DNA of 64,000 bases from Sulfurovum sp. (GCF_036568385.1 NZ_DATCSP010000026.1:16224-80223); one strand, 5' to 3'. Counted from the first letter of the stretch, positions 20,983-31,574 are shown. Numbers and translations are program-made. The notes: generated by a model from the sequence alone, not told the origin.

Positions 20983-21540
20983 TCAGTCTATCTGCAGTAC
21001 AGAGTAGACAGGGGCACTGATACCTTCACGCCCTTTAAGGAACCCCAGTTCCATCACAAAGCAGGCTTCGACACAGTGTGCACCCACCCTGTCTATAAGG
21101 TTCGCCGCGGCCTTTGCCGTACCGCCTGTGGCAATAAGGTCATCTATCAGGAGCACTTTTGCACCTTTTCCATCAGGATTATCTTTGGCAACAAACGCGT
21201 CGATATGTATCTCCACTTCATCAAAACCGTACTCAAGAGAGTATTTCTCTGCAACGGTCGTATAGGGGAGTTTGCCTTTTTTGCGTACCGGCACAAAACC
21301 GATCCCCAGTCTGTCTGCAAGGATGGCACCAAAGATGAAGCCTCTGGCATCGATACCTGCGATATAGTCCAACTCATAGCCCAAATAGCGGTTCGTCAGG
21401 TGGTCCATCAGCGTATTGAATGCCGCAGGATTGGAGAGGAGGGTACTGATATCTTTGAAGATAATACCGGGTTTCGGGAAGTCGGGGATGTCTCTGATGC
21501 TGTTTAGTATGATCTCTTTTTCTTCCGATGTGAGGGTCAT
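20983..21540 (-). CDS. apt: adenine phosphoribosyltransferase
   Basis: '[14 protein letters not shown]' PRPP-binding motif. Size and N-terminus are typical of Apt. Confidence 0.9.
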   Translation of the reverse strand: MTLTSEEKEIILNSIRDIPDFPKPGIIFKDISTLLSNPAAFNTLMDHLTNRYLGYELDYIAGIDARGFIFGAILADRLGIGFVPVRKKGKLPYTTVAEKYSLEYGFDEVEIHIDAFVAKDNPDGKGAKVLLIDDLIATGGTAKAAANLIDRVGAHCVEACFVMELGFLKGREGISAPVYSVLQID

Positions 21541-21694
21541 GGCCGTTCCTTGGATTATGTAGTGAGGATTATTCTATCACAGGTTGTTTGAATGTTCTTA
21601 GAGGAGATCGATGCAGGAGAGTGAAATTTCCCGTTCCACCTCGGGAGAGGCGGAAGCTGTCGTTAAAGAGGGTCTGTCTTTGGCCGCTTTCCGG

Positions 21695-21946
21695 CTAGGC
21701 CCTCTTGAGTATGCTGATGATATATAACAGGATCACAGCACCGATGACGGCCATCACGATCGACCCCAGTAAGCCGCCTGCCGTGATACCAAGCAAACCG
21801 AATACATAGCCGCCCAATACAGCACCAATGATCCCTACGATGATATTGCCTATGACACCAAATCCTCTTCCTTTTACCAGAAGGCCGGCAAGCCAGCCTA
21901 CGAGTGCACCGATCGCTAAAAATATGATAAGACTCATGATATCCAT
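21695..21946 (-). CDS. GlsB/YeaQ/YmgE family stress membrane protein
   Basis: 83-aa Gly-rich three-TM protein containing 'GIIGAVLGGYVF'. Confidence 0.75.
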   Translation of the reverse strand: MDIMSLIIFLAIGALVGWLAGLLVKGRGFGVIGNIIVGIIGAVLGGYVFGLLGITAGGLLGSIVMAVIGAVILLYIISILKRA

Positions 21947-22193
21947 GTTTGACTCCTGTATTGATTTTATGTACTATCACGCGATGCGTAAAAACACATA
22001 TTGAAATAATATGATAACATAAATTTTTATTATATACTTATCTGATCGGTTTCATCATGCTATCATGGATTCCCACGTATTGAATGAAGGAATCCCATAA
22101 AGGTAGAGCTTCAAGATGACAGGGTGATCTTTCTTGAAATAGCCGGACATTTTCTGTATACTGTTAATACTTATAAAAAGGGGGAATAGGCAA

Positions 22194-22499
22194 TTGATCA
22201 TGACAGTAACCACCACGGAAACCCTGCCGGAACACATGAAGATCAGATCTATGTTTTCGATGATAGAGATCACACACAAGATCCAGATATCCCAAAAAGG
22301 ATTGATCAAAGGCTTTTTACAAAGAAAGCGTGATGAACATCAGGAAGCACTTGATAAATTGATCGAGAGTGCACCAGCTGAAGCAAATGCGATCATCGGT
22401 GTGAAACACAGTACTGCAACCCACACATTTCCCGAAGGAACTTTCCTGTTCATTACCTATATAGGCACACCTGTAGTAATTGAAGATAAAAAGGTATAA
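22194..22499 (+). CDS. YbjQ/UPF0145-like (DUF74) protein
   Basis: About 100 aa with 'MTVTTTETL' and 'ANAIIGVK...GTPVV' resembling the YbjQ family. Call by eye only. Confidence 0.5.
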   Translation: MIMTVTTTETLPEHMKIRSMFSMIEITHKIQISQKGLIKGFLQRKRDEHQEALDKLIESAPAEANAIIGVKHSTATHTFPEGTFLFITYIGTPVVIEDKKV

Positions 22500-22540
22500 C
22501 ATACTGATAGTGACTCAACAGGCAAAGGAGATGACTGGTT

Positions 22541-24004
22541 ATGAAACATTTATGGATCATCTACATTCTGCTGTCGCTGCTACTGGGCGGCTGTACGAGT
22601 GCGACGCAAGACCATGACGAGGCGACAGCGGAGCTGACCATCCTGTCGGAAGAATTCTTCCCGCTCAGTTTCACGGAGAACGGGAATATCAGCGGTCAGG
22701 CCACCGAGGTGGTACGGGAGCTGATGGTACGTACGGGCACAACAGGCGATATCCGGGTATTGCCCTGGGAAGAGGGGATCCGTGCAGTACATGAGAAGCC
22801 TAATGTAGCACTTTTTTCTACCACCATGACGCCAAAACGCAAGGAACAGCTGCAGTGGGTCGGTCCCATCACGGTACTGGATACCAATCTCTATGCCGTT
22901 CGCGGTTCCGGGATCCGCATTAGCACACTGGAAGATGCCAGGCAGGTCGATCGGATAGCAACGGTTGCCGATTACTATTCCGAGCAGATGCTGCAGCAGG
23001 AGGGTTTCACCAACCTTCAAAGCCATGCGAACGAGAAGGATGCCGTACAAAGCCTGTTACGCGGTGAGGCGCAGCTGCTGGTAGGCAGTAACATCACCCT
23101 CCCGTCGGTACTGGAAAAGCAGGGGGCCCGGATGGATGCGCTTGAGAACGTCTTTACCGTCTCGACGGATATGACCTATCTCGCCTTTTCCCGCGAGATC
23201 GCACCCGAACAGGTCGCCCGCTGGCAGGCTGCGTTGGATGCGATGAAGCGTGACGGGCAGTTCAACGAAATATATGCAAGATGGCTACCCGGTGAGATCC
23301 CACCGGGGATCGTCCAGCTGGTCACCGAGGAGTACCCGCCCATCACCTTCATGCGCGACGGCAGACCTGCCGGGTTCGTTACCGATATGGTACGGGAGAT
23401 AGCGCAGCGCCATGCGATCCCCGATAATGTCCGCCTCACCTCGTGGAAGAACGCCTACAACATGGCCCTGCTGCATCCGAATGTTGTCCTGTTCAGCGCC
23501 GATCGCACGTCCGAAAGGGAAGATCTGTTCCACTGGGTCGGGCCAGTTGGCAGGAACAGCGCGATACTGTTTGCGAAAAAGGGTTCGGAGATCAGGATAA
23601 GAACACTGCAGGAGGTGAGGGAGGTCGGAGCCATTGCCACCACTACAGACTGGTTCACGGAACAATACCTGAAGCGAGAGGGGTTCACCAACCTGGTCAG
23701 CTCCAAGACACCCGTTGACAATGTCAAAAAACTGATGAACGGCGAAGTGCAGCTTTCGATCTTTACCAACCTCACGATCCCTGAGATCGTGAAAGAAGCC
23801 GGCTACAGCATGGATGACCTGGAACCGGTATATACCATCAGCCAGTCCGATTTCTATATCGCCATCTCCAGGGGGACACCGGCGGAAACCGTCGAACGGT
23901 GGCGGGAGACCCTAAACGAACTGAAACGTGACGGGACGTTCGAAAAGATCTACCGGAGCTATCTGCCGCATGCGGAGTTAAATGATCTGATGGACGACAG
24001 GTGA
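22541..24004 (+). CDS. lipoprotein with two tandem family-3 solute-binding (SBP_bac_3-like) domains
   Basis: Lipobox 'LLLGGC'. Two ~230-aa halves are visibly paralogous: 'EEFFPLSF/EEYPPITF', 'QLQWVGPI/LFHWVGPV', 'YSEQMLQQEGFTNL/FTEQYLKREGFTNL', 'DGQFNEIYARWLP/DGTFEKIYRSYLP'. Confidence 0.75.
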   Translation: MKHLWIIYILLSLLLGGCTSATQDHDEATAELTILSEEFFPLSFTENGNISGQATEVVRELMVRTGTTGDIRVLPWEEGIRAVHEKPNVALFSTTMTPKRKEQLQWVGPITVLDTNLYAVRGSGIRISTLEDARQVDRIATVADYYSEQMLQQEGFTNLQSHANEKDAVQSLLRGEAQLLVGSNITLPSVLEKQGARMDALENVFTVSTDMTYLAFSREIAPEQVARWQAALDAMKRDGQFNEIYARWLPGEIPPGIVQLVTEEYPPITFMRDGRPAGFVTDMVREIAQRHAIPDNVRLTSWKNAYNMALLHPNVVLFSADRTSEREDLFHWVGPVGRNSAILFAKKGSEIRIRTLQEVREVGAIATTTDWFTEQYLKREGFTNLVSSKTPVDNVKKLMNGEVQLSIFTNLTIPEIVKEAGYSMDDLEPVYTISQSDFYIAISRGTPAETVERWRETLNELKRDGTFEKIYRSYLPHAELNDLMDDR

Positions 24005-24180
24005 GGCAGGACATGAAGCGGTTTGAGCTGCTTTTCTCCGTTCCCGCTTTGCACGTGGCAGGCAAAGGCCTGGCCTAAGGAACTACTATCGATTATGTGG
24101 AAGACTAGAATAGCATCACTTGCGGCGTGCAGTACCGTCTGCGGTCACTCTGAAACCGAGTTCTCTTCATTCGACGCCGG

Positions 24181-25983
24181 CTAAAGAGGCCAGAACCACA
24201 GGATCATCGGGACGCCAACGACCAATACCAACACCGACAGCGGCAGGCCCAATCGCCAGTAGTCGCCGAACCTGTACCCGCCCGGCACCATCACCAATGC
24301 GTTCGACTGGTGGCCGATAGGCGTTAGAAAGGCACAGGATGCACCGATCGCGACCGTCATCAGGAAAGGGTCGGCAGAGGCTTCCATGCCTTGTGCCATC
24401 TTGATGGCAATGGGTGCAGCGATCACCGCAGCGGCGGCGTTGTTGATCAGGTTTGACAGCAGCATCACTGCGGTCATCAGCAGGGCCAGCACGATCGCCG
24501 GTGACGCCGATCGTGCTATTTCCAGCAATGCCTGGGCGATGAGATCGGACGCGCCGGTCGTTTCCAGCGCCTGACCGACGGGAAGCATTGCCGCCAGCAG
24601 AATGATCACCGGCATGTCAACGCTATCGTACACTTCGTCCTTCGCAACAAGGCCGGTCATTACCATAGCGAGGGCGGCACCGACCAGCGCCGTAGTCGCG
24701 GAGAGGAGTTCGAGCGCGATCAGCGCCAGCGCGACGGTAAAGATCCCTCCGGAGAGCAGCACCTTGTGCGGCTTGCCGATGCGCAGACCGCGTGAGGCAA
24801 GCGGAAGGCACCCCAGCTCATTCAGCGTAGATTGCAGTGATTCTTCCTGCCCCTGTACCAGCAGGACATCACCCGCTTCGAGGCGGAGTTTGCCCAGCCG
24901 CTCCCGAAGACGATGTCCCTGACGTGCCACGGCGAGCACATTCAGTCCGTAGCGCTCGCGTACGGAGAGTGCGCTTGTCGTCTTACCCACAAGGATCGAC
25001 TTGTGCGTGATGATGGCTTCGGTAAGATTCCACTCACCTGCCTTCTTTTTCTTCTTCTCTTCGTCCTGGTCCTGATCCTGATCCTCCCCGGCGGCCAACA
25101 CCAGGCTTGTGACGTCCAGCAGTGTCTTGAGGCTGTCCGAATCCGATTCAACCAGCAGAATGTCCTCTTCCTGCAGGACTTCGAAAATGGAAGGGAGCGC
25201 CTTACGCTTCCCGCTGCGCACGAGCCCGACCACCGACATGTCCGCATCATCTTTGACGGCGGCCATCAGATCGTGCAGGGTCCGACCCGCGAACTTGCAC
25301 TCTTTGGGAACGCGCAGCTCCGTCAAATAGGCGCTGATCTCGAACAGGTCTTTGGAAGTATCCTGCTCTTCCTTGCGCTTCGGTGTGAGACGCCAGCCGA
25401 TGAGCGAAAGGAACAGTAGTCCCGCCAGCGTTACAGCGGCACCTACCGGAAGAAAGTCGAACATCCCGAACGGCGTACCTCCTGACTCCTGCCGATAGGT
25501 TGCGATGATGATGTTAGGTGGTGTGCCGATCATCGTCAGCATCCCGCCGAGCAATGAACCGAATGCCAGCGGCATCAAGAGAAGCGAAGGTGAACTTCCG
25601 CCCTTACGCGACATCCAGATGGCCACGGGCATGAACAGCGCCAGCGCTCCTACATTGTTTATGAATCCCGAACTGAGTGCGACAATGCTCGTAAGTGTCG
25701 CCACTTGGATCCAGGGCTGTTCACCGACCCGCGTCAAATGGCGGGCAAGGGTGTCCACCAGTCCGGCATTGAGCAACCCGCGGCTGACCACCAGCACCGC
25801 GGCCACGGTAATGACTGCAGGATGACCCAGGCCGGCAAACATTTCCTGGGGAGGTATGAGTCCGAACAGCCCAACGGCCAGCAGGGAGAGAAGTGCGACA
25901 ATGTCGTAGCGCCAGCGACCCCATACGAACAGACCCAGCGTTATCGCAAGAATCGCGAAGATGGTCAATTGCTCGGTCGTCAC
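24181..25983 (-). CDS. SLC13/DASS-family permease with central TrkA-C domains
   Basis: 600 aa with N- and C-terminal polytopic halves flanking a soluble region with two TrkA-C-like repeats ('GRTLHDL...VVGLVR', 'GKTTSALSVRERYGLNVLAVAR'). Confidence 0.8.
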   Translation of the reverse strand: MTTEQLTIFAILAITLGLFVWGRWRYDIVALLSLLAVGLFGLIPPQEMFAGLGHPAVITVAAVLVVSRGLLNAGLVDTLARHLTRVGEQPWIQVATLTSIVALSSGFINNVGALALFMPVAIWMSRKGGSSPSLLLMPLAFGSLLGGMLTMIGTPPNIIIATYRQESGGTPFGMFDFLPVGAAVTLAGLLFLSLIGWRLTPKRKEEQDTSKDLFEISAYLTELRVPKECKFAGRTLHDLMAAVKDDADMSVVGLVRSGKRKALPSIFEVLQEEDILLVESDSDSLKTLLDVTSLVLAAGEDQDQDQDEEKKKKKAGEWNLTEAIITHKSILVGKTTSALSVRERYGLNVLAVARQGHRLRERLGKLRLEAGDVLLVQGQEESLQSTLNELGCLPLASRGLRIGKPHKVLLSGGIFTVALALIALELLSATTALVGAALAMVMTGLVAKDEVYDSVDMPVIILLAAMLPVGQALETTGASDLIAQALLEIARSASPAIVLALLMTAVMLLSNLINNAAAAVIAAPIAIKMAQGMEASADPFLMTVAIGASCAFLTPIGHQSNALVMVPGGYRFGDYWRLGLPLSVLVLVVGVPMILWFWPL

Positions 25984-26242
25984 GCTTTCCTCCTCGATCC
26001 GTCCAACGATCTATCAAGGGAACAGATCTTCCCGTAAATGTTGTAGTATTCCTATTAGTAGAATATCTAACTCTTTCTAAAAAAATGACAGTATCAGATA
26101 TTTTTCTAATGTTCTGGTATAAATATATAGAATAATAAAGATGGCTTATTTTCTTTCAGATAGCAAGAAGGTAAAAAGGAGGTACCCCTTGAGCGTAAAA
26201 AAGGAGTGGGTGCGGCTGTAAGCTCATGGGGACGCCGTTGGA

Positions 26243-26698
26243 TCAGCCCAGATCAGCCCCATAAGAACAGCCTTCTATCTTCCCTACACGTTCTGCATGT
26301 CTGCCGCCTTCGAACTCTGTGTTGGCAAAGACCTCTATCATGTCTTCGATGACACCTTTCCCTACCACACGTTCACCAAAACAAAGGATGTTCGCATCGT
26401 TGTGCTGTCTGGTGAGTTTGGCAGTGTAGTGGTCATGGCAGAGCGCTGCACGGATACCGGGTACTTTGTTCGCCGCGATGCTGATGCCGATGCCCGTACC
26501 GCAGATCAGAATGCCGAAACTGCCTTCGTCTTTCAGGACCGCATGGGCGCATTTTTTTGCAAAATCAGGATAGTCCACTCGGTCTGCAGAGTCCGGACCA
26601 AGGTCGACAATTTCGTGACCCAGAGAGGTCACGAACTCTTTGACATACGCTTTCAGTGCATAGCCTGCATGGTCCGTTGCAATGTAAAACTTTTTCAT
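26243..26698 (-). CDS. rpiB: ribose-5-phosphate isomerase B
   Basis: 'ILICGTGIGISIAANK' and 'RQHNDANILCFGERV'. Confidence 0.9.
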   Translation of the reverse strand: MKKFYIATDHAGYALKAYVKEFVTSLGHEIVDLGPDSADRVDYPDFAKKCAHAVLKDEGSFGILICGTGIGISIAANKVPGIRAALCHDHYTAKLTRQHNDANILCFGERVVGKGVIEDMIEVFANTEFEGGRHAERVGKIEGCSYGADLG

Positions 26699-26761
26699 CT
26701 CTTTTCCCTTCTATCTCAAATATACGTTTGCTTAAATATACGCTTGCTTAAACCGTATGGT

Positions 26762-27733
26762 CTACTCTGTCGGCGGCTCGTTCTGGAGCGTGTCGATACG
26801 TCTTCCTACACGTTCCCAGCGTATGGTATAGCGCTGTTTGTTCCAAAGTTCCTCACAGGCAGGGCTGTCGATAGGCGTATCACCGCATATGCGTCTGAGC
26901 TGTGCATTGTCCCTGCCTCCGCCATACTCATCGCCATTGAGCACACTTTCATAGGAGCGGTGCTCGAGGCTCATATAGTTCAGCCAGGGTTTCCCTACGA
27001 TCAGCCTGTAGGGTATCGCGCCCCAGAAACGGCTGTCATTGGAGTTGTCACGATTGTCACCTATCATATAGTAGTGGTCATCCTCTACTTTGGTATAGAG
27101 TGCATTGATGCCTTTTCCTGCTATCTCGTGGGTAGGAGCGTCAAGGCCCTGTACATAGACAGGCGTCATATCGATATCCTTGTTATAGACATAATAGCTC
27201 AAGAGCGTTTCAAAGAGATTCACAGTTTCAGGCACATACTGGATGCCCGGGTACTTCTCCATATACGGGTTCTCTACCCAGAGTTTTCCGCGAAGCGAGA
27301 CCAGCTTCTCTTCAGGATAGTTTGCTTTCATATAGGCATCACCTTCATGAAAGTGTATCAGCAGTTTTTTATCTGCATAGAGGATCTCATCTCCTCCAAC
27401 GGCAACACAGCGTTTGACATAGTGTATCTGGTTGTTCTTGGGATAGCGGAAAATAACGATATCTTCTCTTTGCGGTCTGGGCCCTTCTATCAGGTGGCCG
27501 TTTCCGTTAAAGTCGGGCAAAAGCGGGATCTCCAGCCACGGCAGGTGAGGGGTAGGGATTCCATAGGAGAATTTTTTGGCGAACAGAAAGTCACCGATCA
27601 GCTGTGTTCTTTTCATCGATCCCGAGGGAATGACAAAAGACTGGGCAACAAAAAAGATAAGGAAAAGTACGATGATGATCGTACCCGTCCACGAGTTGGC
27701 GAAACGGCCAAAACCGTGTAGTACTTTTTTCAT
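26762..27733 (-). CDS. lepB: signal peptidase I
   Basis: 'IPSGSMKRT' catalytic Ser box, 'YVKRCVAVGGD' Lys box and 'GDNRDNSNDSRFWG'. Confidence 0.9.
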   Translation of the reverse strand: MKKVLHGFGRFANSWTGTIIIVLFLIFFVAQSFVIPSGSMKRTQLIGDFLFAKKFSYGIPTPHLPWLEIPLLPDFNGNGHLIEGPRPQREDIVIFRYPKNNQIHYVKRCVAVGGDEILYADKKLLIHFHEGDAYMKANYPEEKLVSLRGKLWVENPYMEKYPGIQYVPETVNLFETLLSYYVYNKDIDMTPVYVQGLDAPTHEIAGKGINALYTKVEDDHYYMIGDNRDNSNDSRFWGAIPYRLIVGKPWLNYMSLEHRSYESVLNGDEYGGGRDNAQLRRICGDTPIDSPACEELWNKQRYTIRWERVGRRIDTLQNEPPTE

Positions 27734-28579
27734 TTAGTCTCTCGCTTTCGCAGATTTCAGGGTATTGCTTAAAAGCATGGCGATGGTCATCGGACCCACA
27801 CCGCCGGGGACCGGTGTGATGTAGGAGCATTTGGGACTGACGTTTTTGAAATCCACATCCCCTACGAGCGAACCGTCTTCGATACGGTTGATACCTATAT
27901 CGATCACGATGGCACCTTCTTTGACCATATCTTCCTTGATGAGCCCCGGCACACCTACACCCACCACCACGATATCGGCTTTGCTGGTATGTGCTTTCAG
28001 GTCTTTGGTATGGATATGCGTGATGGTCACAGTGGCATCGGCATTGAGAAGCAGGGAAGCCATAGGTTTGCCTACGATGTTGCTGGCGCCTACGACACAG
28101 ACGTCTTTTCCTCTCAGTTCTATATCATACTCTTCGAACATCTTCATCACGCCAAGCGGTGTACATGCGACAAAGCTGTCAAGTCCGGTCACCAGACGCC
28201 CCACATTGTAGGCATGGAAACCGTCCACATCTTTTTTGGGGTCTATCACTTCAAGTATCTTGTTCGTTTCTACATGTTTGGGCAGAGGAAGCTGCACCAG
28301 GATGCCGTCTATGCGGGGGTTCTGGTTCATCATTTCGATCGTAGCGATGATCTCATCCTGGCTGATCGTGTCGGGCATATGGTGCGTGATAGAGTAAAAA
28401 CCGACTTTTTCGCACGCCTTTGCTTTCATTTTGACATAGGCATGGCTTGCAGGATCATCACCGATGAGGATCACAGCAAGTCCGGGAACAATATTTTTTT
28501 CCTGTTTGAGTTGTGCCACTTCAGCAGCTACCGTATCCTGCACTTTTCTGGATAAAGATTTACCATCGATGAGTTGCAT
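27734..28579 (-). CDS. folD: bifunctional methylenetetrahydrofolate dehydrogenase/cyclohydrolase
   Basis: 'GILVQLPLP', 'VVGASNIVGKPMA' and 'ITPVPGGVGPMT'. The stop abuts the lepB start. Confidence 0.95.
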   Translation of the reverse strand: MQLIDGKSLSRKVQDTVAAEVAQLKQEKNIVPGLAVILIGDDPASHAYVKMKAKACEKVGFYSITHHMPDTISQDEIIATIEMMNQNPRIDGILVQLPLPKHVETNKILEVIDPKKDVDGFHAYNVGRLVTGLDSFVACTPLGVMKMFEEYDIELRGKDVCVVGASNIVGKPMASLLLNADATVTITHIHTKDLKAHTSKADIVVVGVGVPGLIKEDMVKEGAIVIDIGINRIEDGSLVGDVDFKNVSPKCSYITPVPGGVGPMTIAMLLSNTLKSAKARD

Positions 28580-28664
28580 AGAGTACCCTTATAGTTTTTA
28601 GGGTATTATATCTAAAATACTTTAGGCAAGACCGATTTGCCGTGGAACAGGGTTAGAGACAGAT

Positions 28665-29036
28665 ATGATCATGAAACGTTTATGGATGCTATTGCCGCTG
28701 ATGTTATGGGCAGAGGAAGATTTTATCTCACACTATGAATACGGTGAAATGCTTTATGCCAATCCCAGAGGTATAAGCTGCATGCAGTGCCATGGAAAAA
28801 GCGGTGAAGGTCAGACGATCGTTGAATACAGGGACACAAATGGGAAAGAGGCACTGAGAGGGTCAGATATACGCTTAAATACGCTGGACGAGATGATCAA
28901 TGCGGTCAACAGCTACCATAAAGTGATGCCCCGTTACTATCTGACAGAGGAAGAGGTAAAAGCCATTTATGACTACCTGCAGAAGAAAAATACAGTCTAC
29001 CTGTCAGAGCTCACAGAAAGTGATACGATACAATAG
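28665..29036 (+). CDS. monohaem c-type cytochrome
   Basis: Signal peptide and a single 'CMQCH' haem-binding motif. Confidence 0.75.
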   Translation: MIMKRLWMLLPLMLWAEEDFISHYEYGEMLYANPRGISCMQCHGKSGEGQTIVEYRDTNGKEALRGSDIRLNTLDEMINAVNSYHKVMPRYYLTEEEVKAIYDYLQKKNTVYLSELTESDTIQ

Positions 29037-29084
29037 ATAATTTGTTATAATCTTTTTGAATACTCCATATCAAAAAGGTTACGC

Positions 29085-30500
29085 ATGAAATTTACCAGAG
29101 CTCTTACCGTACTGCTTTTAACCGCAGAAGTCTCCTATGCCTCCTCTCTTGCTGTCTATCAGGACAGAACCTTCTATCATTTCACACCCAAAGACAACTT
29201 TATAGGTTTTTCCAAGGGAATGCAGGTCAGGTGTGAAGGCAGGAGCGTTCCGCTTTCTCCAAAGCTCGGTTGTCCTCAGGATGACAGACTGTGCCAACTT
29301 CTGACCGGGCTGAAAACATCTGAACAGAAGCTCAAAGCCGTACAGGCGAACGGTCAAGCCCTGGAAAAGCTTGTCTCTATTCCCCGGCCGGCTGCTTTGG
29401 ATGCGAAGGTGATGATCGATGCAGCCAAAGAGATAGGAGAGGCTCAGGCCGGGCTTTCCATGCAGGAAAGCCTGCTGAAAGAGGAGGTGCGACTGAAAGA
29501 AAACGCCTTTCTCAGACAGGCACCTGCCAAGCAGGCTCTGGAAATGCAAGAAGCATGCAGCAAGGAGGTGGAACTGGTCATCCCTTACGGGTATGTCTCT
29601 TTCTCTACACACTATGAGGCAATGATCCAGGATCAAAATGAGATCTCGGTCACACAATACCTCTCTGTCACCAATAGAAGCGGTATCGATATCAAAGCGC
29701 AGACAGCGATGTTCTACTACCGTGCTGCCGGTCAATATGTGTCTCCGGTACATTTCCGTCCCTGGATCGTCAGAAAGTATGAACCCACAGCAAACGCAGC
29801 TTCCCCGGCGCCTCTGGCCAAAAAAGCAAAAATGGAAAGGGCAGTGATGGCGGAAGATCGAGCGTATGGTTTGGCACCGATCGCTCTATATGAAGATGCA
29901 AGAGAGTACAGGATCAACGATCTCAGCCTCCCTTCGACCGGAGTTCCGATCGAGGTGGAGGTACTGAAGTGGAAAGCACCTGTATCCTGTGAAGTGCGTG
30001 CCTATCCCTATGAGAGGAGCAAGGCCTTTCATATCTGTTCCTTTCAGCCGAAATATCAGATAGACCGCCACGAATGGAAAGTGAGATCAGCTGAAGCGGT
30101 CATCAATGAAAATGCGGCAGGGGAGTACAGGGAGGGGCAATACCAGCTTTATACCAAGGCGGAAGAGGATCTCCAGATCGTGCGCAAAAAGATAGTAGAA
30201 AAAGAACGGGAGACAGGTATTTTTGGCGGTACCGTACGTAAAAAAGACGGTTTTACACTGACGCTCACCAACAAATCCGATAAAGAAAAAAGTTTCACGG
30301 TCATAGAACGCATACCGACTTCAACGACGGAAGAGATCCGGTCAAAACTGCTGGCTGTCACTTCTGAGAAAAAAGTAGACTATCGGTCACTGGAAGAGGG
30401 GAAAATAGAGATGAAACTTACGCTGGCACCCTATGAGACCAAAGTGATAGAGGTACGTTTCGAGATATCGCATGATAAAGAGTTGAAAGTGGATTATTAA
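29085..30500 (+). CDS. secreted DUF4139-like protein
   Basis: Signal peptide, central coiled-coil, and a C-terminal beta-rich region ('FTVIERIPTS...IEMKLTLAPYETKVIEVRFEI') resembling DUF4139. Call by eye only. Confidence 0.5.
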   Translation: MKFTRALTVLLLTAEVSYASSLAVYQDRTFYHFTPKDNFIGFSKGMQVRCEGRSVPLSPKLGCPQDDRLCQLLTGLKTSEQKLKAVQANGQALEKLVSIPRPAALDAKVMIDAAKEIGEAQAGLSMQESLLKEEVRLKENAFLRQAPAKQALEMQEACSKEVELVIPYGYVSFSTHYEAMIQDQNEISVTQYLSVTNRSGIDIKAQTAMFYYRAAGQYVSPVHFRPWIVRKYEPTANAASPAPLAKKAKMERAVMAEDRAYGLAPIALYEDAREYRINDLSLPSTGVPIEVEVLKWKAPVSCEVRAYPYERSKAFHICSFQPKYQIDRHEWKVRSAEAVINENAAGEYREGQYQLYTKAEEDLQIVRKKIVEKERETGIFGGTVRKKDGFTLTLTNKSDKEKSFTVIERIPTSTTEEIRSKLLAVTSEKKVDYRSLEEGKIEMKLTLAPYETKVIEVRFEISHDKELKVDY

Positions 30501-30523
30501 AAGAGGGGAATAGAAGGGGATAG

Positions 30524-30544
30524 TTGCAGGCGAAGCGCCTGCAA
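30524..30544. terminator. bidirectional stem-loop between convergent genes
   Basis: Perfect 9-bp stem TTGCAGGCG-AAG-CGCCTGCAA, located 24 nt after the + strand stop (30500) and 8 nt after the csp stop (30552). Confidence 0.5.
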
Positions 30545-30551
30545 ATCACTA

Positions 30552-30770
30552 TTAGAGTGGAGTTACGTTTTCAGCTTGTGGGCCTTTTTGACCTTCACCA
30601 ACTTCAAATGTTACTGCTTGACCTTCAGCAAGTGTTACACGCCCGCCGTTAGGATTGTTTACTTGACGAAAATGTACAAATACATCATCTCCACCATTCT
30701 CTTGTTGGATGAATCCGTAACCTTTTTCATCATTGAACCATTTAACTGTACCGTTGACTGTTTCTGCCAT
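30552..30770 (-). CDS. cold-shock protein, CspA family
   Basis: '[15 protein letters not shown]' RNP-1 motif and 'VFVHF' RNP-2 motif. Confidence 0.95.
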   Translation of the reverse strand: MAETVNGTVKWFNDEKGYGFIQQENGGDDVFVHFRQVNNPNGGRVTLAEGQAVTFEVGEGQKGPQAENVTPL

Positions 30771-31015
30771 TGTTATACCTTTGGGTAAAATTTACACTTC
30801 TAGGGTTTCCCTATTCAAGCGGAATCTAAAATCGGAGAGAGTCTTTCGGGGGTCTAGCAATAACACTTAACACACGATAGATGAACTCGAACCTATCTTT
30901 CATCAAATATATTGTAGCTTATTTTTTAAGATATAAGCTTACATAAAAAAATATATTTATTTAAATTTATTTTATAGGGTCGATTAGGGGCAAATGCCCC
31001 CTTATTGCGTGATCA

Positions 31016-31492
31016 TTATCGTAGTTCTGTCAATTTCAAAAAGAGTTGGTTCATCTCTTCCAGCGATCTCTTTGCCAGTTTCTGGACCTCATCTTTAGAT
31101 CTGTCATACATTTGGGTAAGATCTTTTTGTTTCTCTGACCAGAGATCTTCGCTTTCCATTTTGGCAAGATGTGCTCTCAGTGCCGCAATGTCCAGCTCTT
31201 CCTGCAGACCATTGGAAACCTTATGCGTGAAATTGTCCATGGTGCCTTTAAGCTTCTCTATCTGGTCTCGTGCTTCCATCACGCCCAAATGCGCTTTGAG
31301 CTCGGCTTCCTCTTCAAAATGATCGTAGGCATCTTCAAGTTTGCCTTTGACACGCGAAAGACGCTTTTTCAGATCAAGCCAAAACACGGTCGCATCTTCG
31401 CTGAGATCTTCACTGAACGATTCTATCTTCTCTTCCGCTTTCTCCAGTGACTTTTGAGACTCTGAGATAAGCGCTTTAAACTCTTTTTTCAT
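31016..31492 (-). CDS. hypothetical coiled-coil protein
   Basis: 158-aa charged, heptad-like sequence. It is followed by a GGGGC-AAAT-GCCCC hairpin at about 30985-31000. Confidence 0.5.
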   Translation of the reverse strand: MKKEFKALISESQKSLEKAEEKIESFSEDLSEDATVFWLDLKKRLSRVKGKLEDAYDHFEEEAELKAHLGVMEARDQIEKLKGTMDNFTHKVSNGLQEELDIAALRAHLAKMESEDLWSEKQKDLTQMYDRSKDEVQKLAKRSLEEMNQLFLKLTELR

Positions 31493-31574
31493 TCCTGACT
31501 CCTTCTGCTGTGATCATTTTGATTATTATAGCATGATAATTTGGTCTTATGTGATCGATTAAGAGGCTGCGCTT

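Noticed and set aside
21663-21980. 105-aa alternative-frame ORF overlapping the GlsB/YeaQ gene
   Set aside because: It is on the same strand in a different frame. The 83-aa frame gives the characteristic Gly-rich TM protein, while this frame gives an Arg/Cys/His-rich string.
22055-22309. 84-aa ORF on the - strand upstream of, and overlapping, the YbjQ-like gene
   Set aside because: It lies in an AT-rich promoter-like region, overlaps the start of the better-supported + strand gene, and has no RBS or recognisable motif.
26297-27721. 474-aa ORF on the + strand
   Set aside because: It runs antisense across two well-supported genes (rpiB and lepB) and the gap between them. It is a shadow ORF caused by codon bias.
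30771-31015. Long AT-rich region upstream of the cold-shock gene as a novel element
   Set aside because: Long 5' untranslated leaders are normal for cspA-family genes. The GGGGC-AAAT-GCCCC hairpin at about 30985-31000 is better explained as the terminator of the upstream coiled-coil gene.
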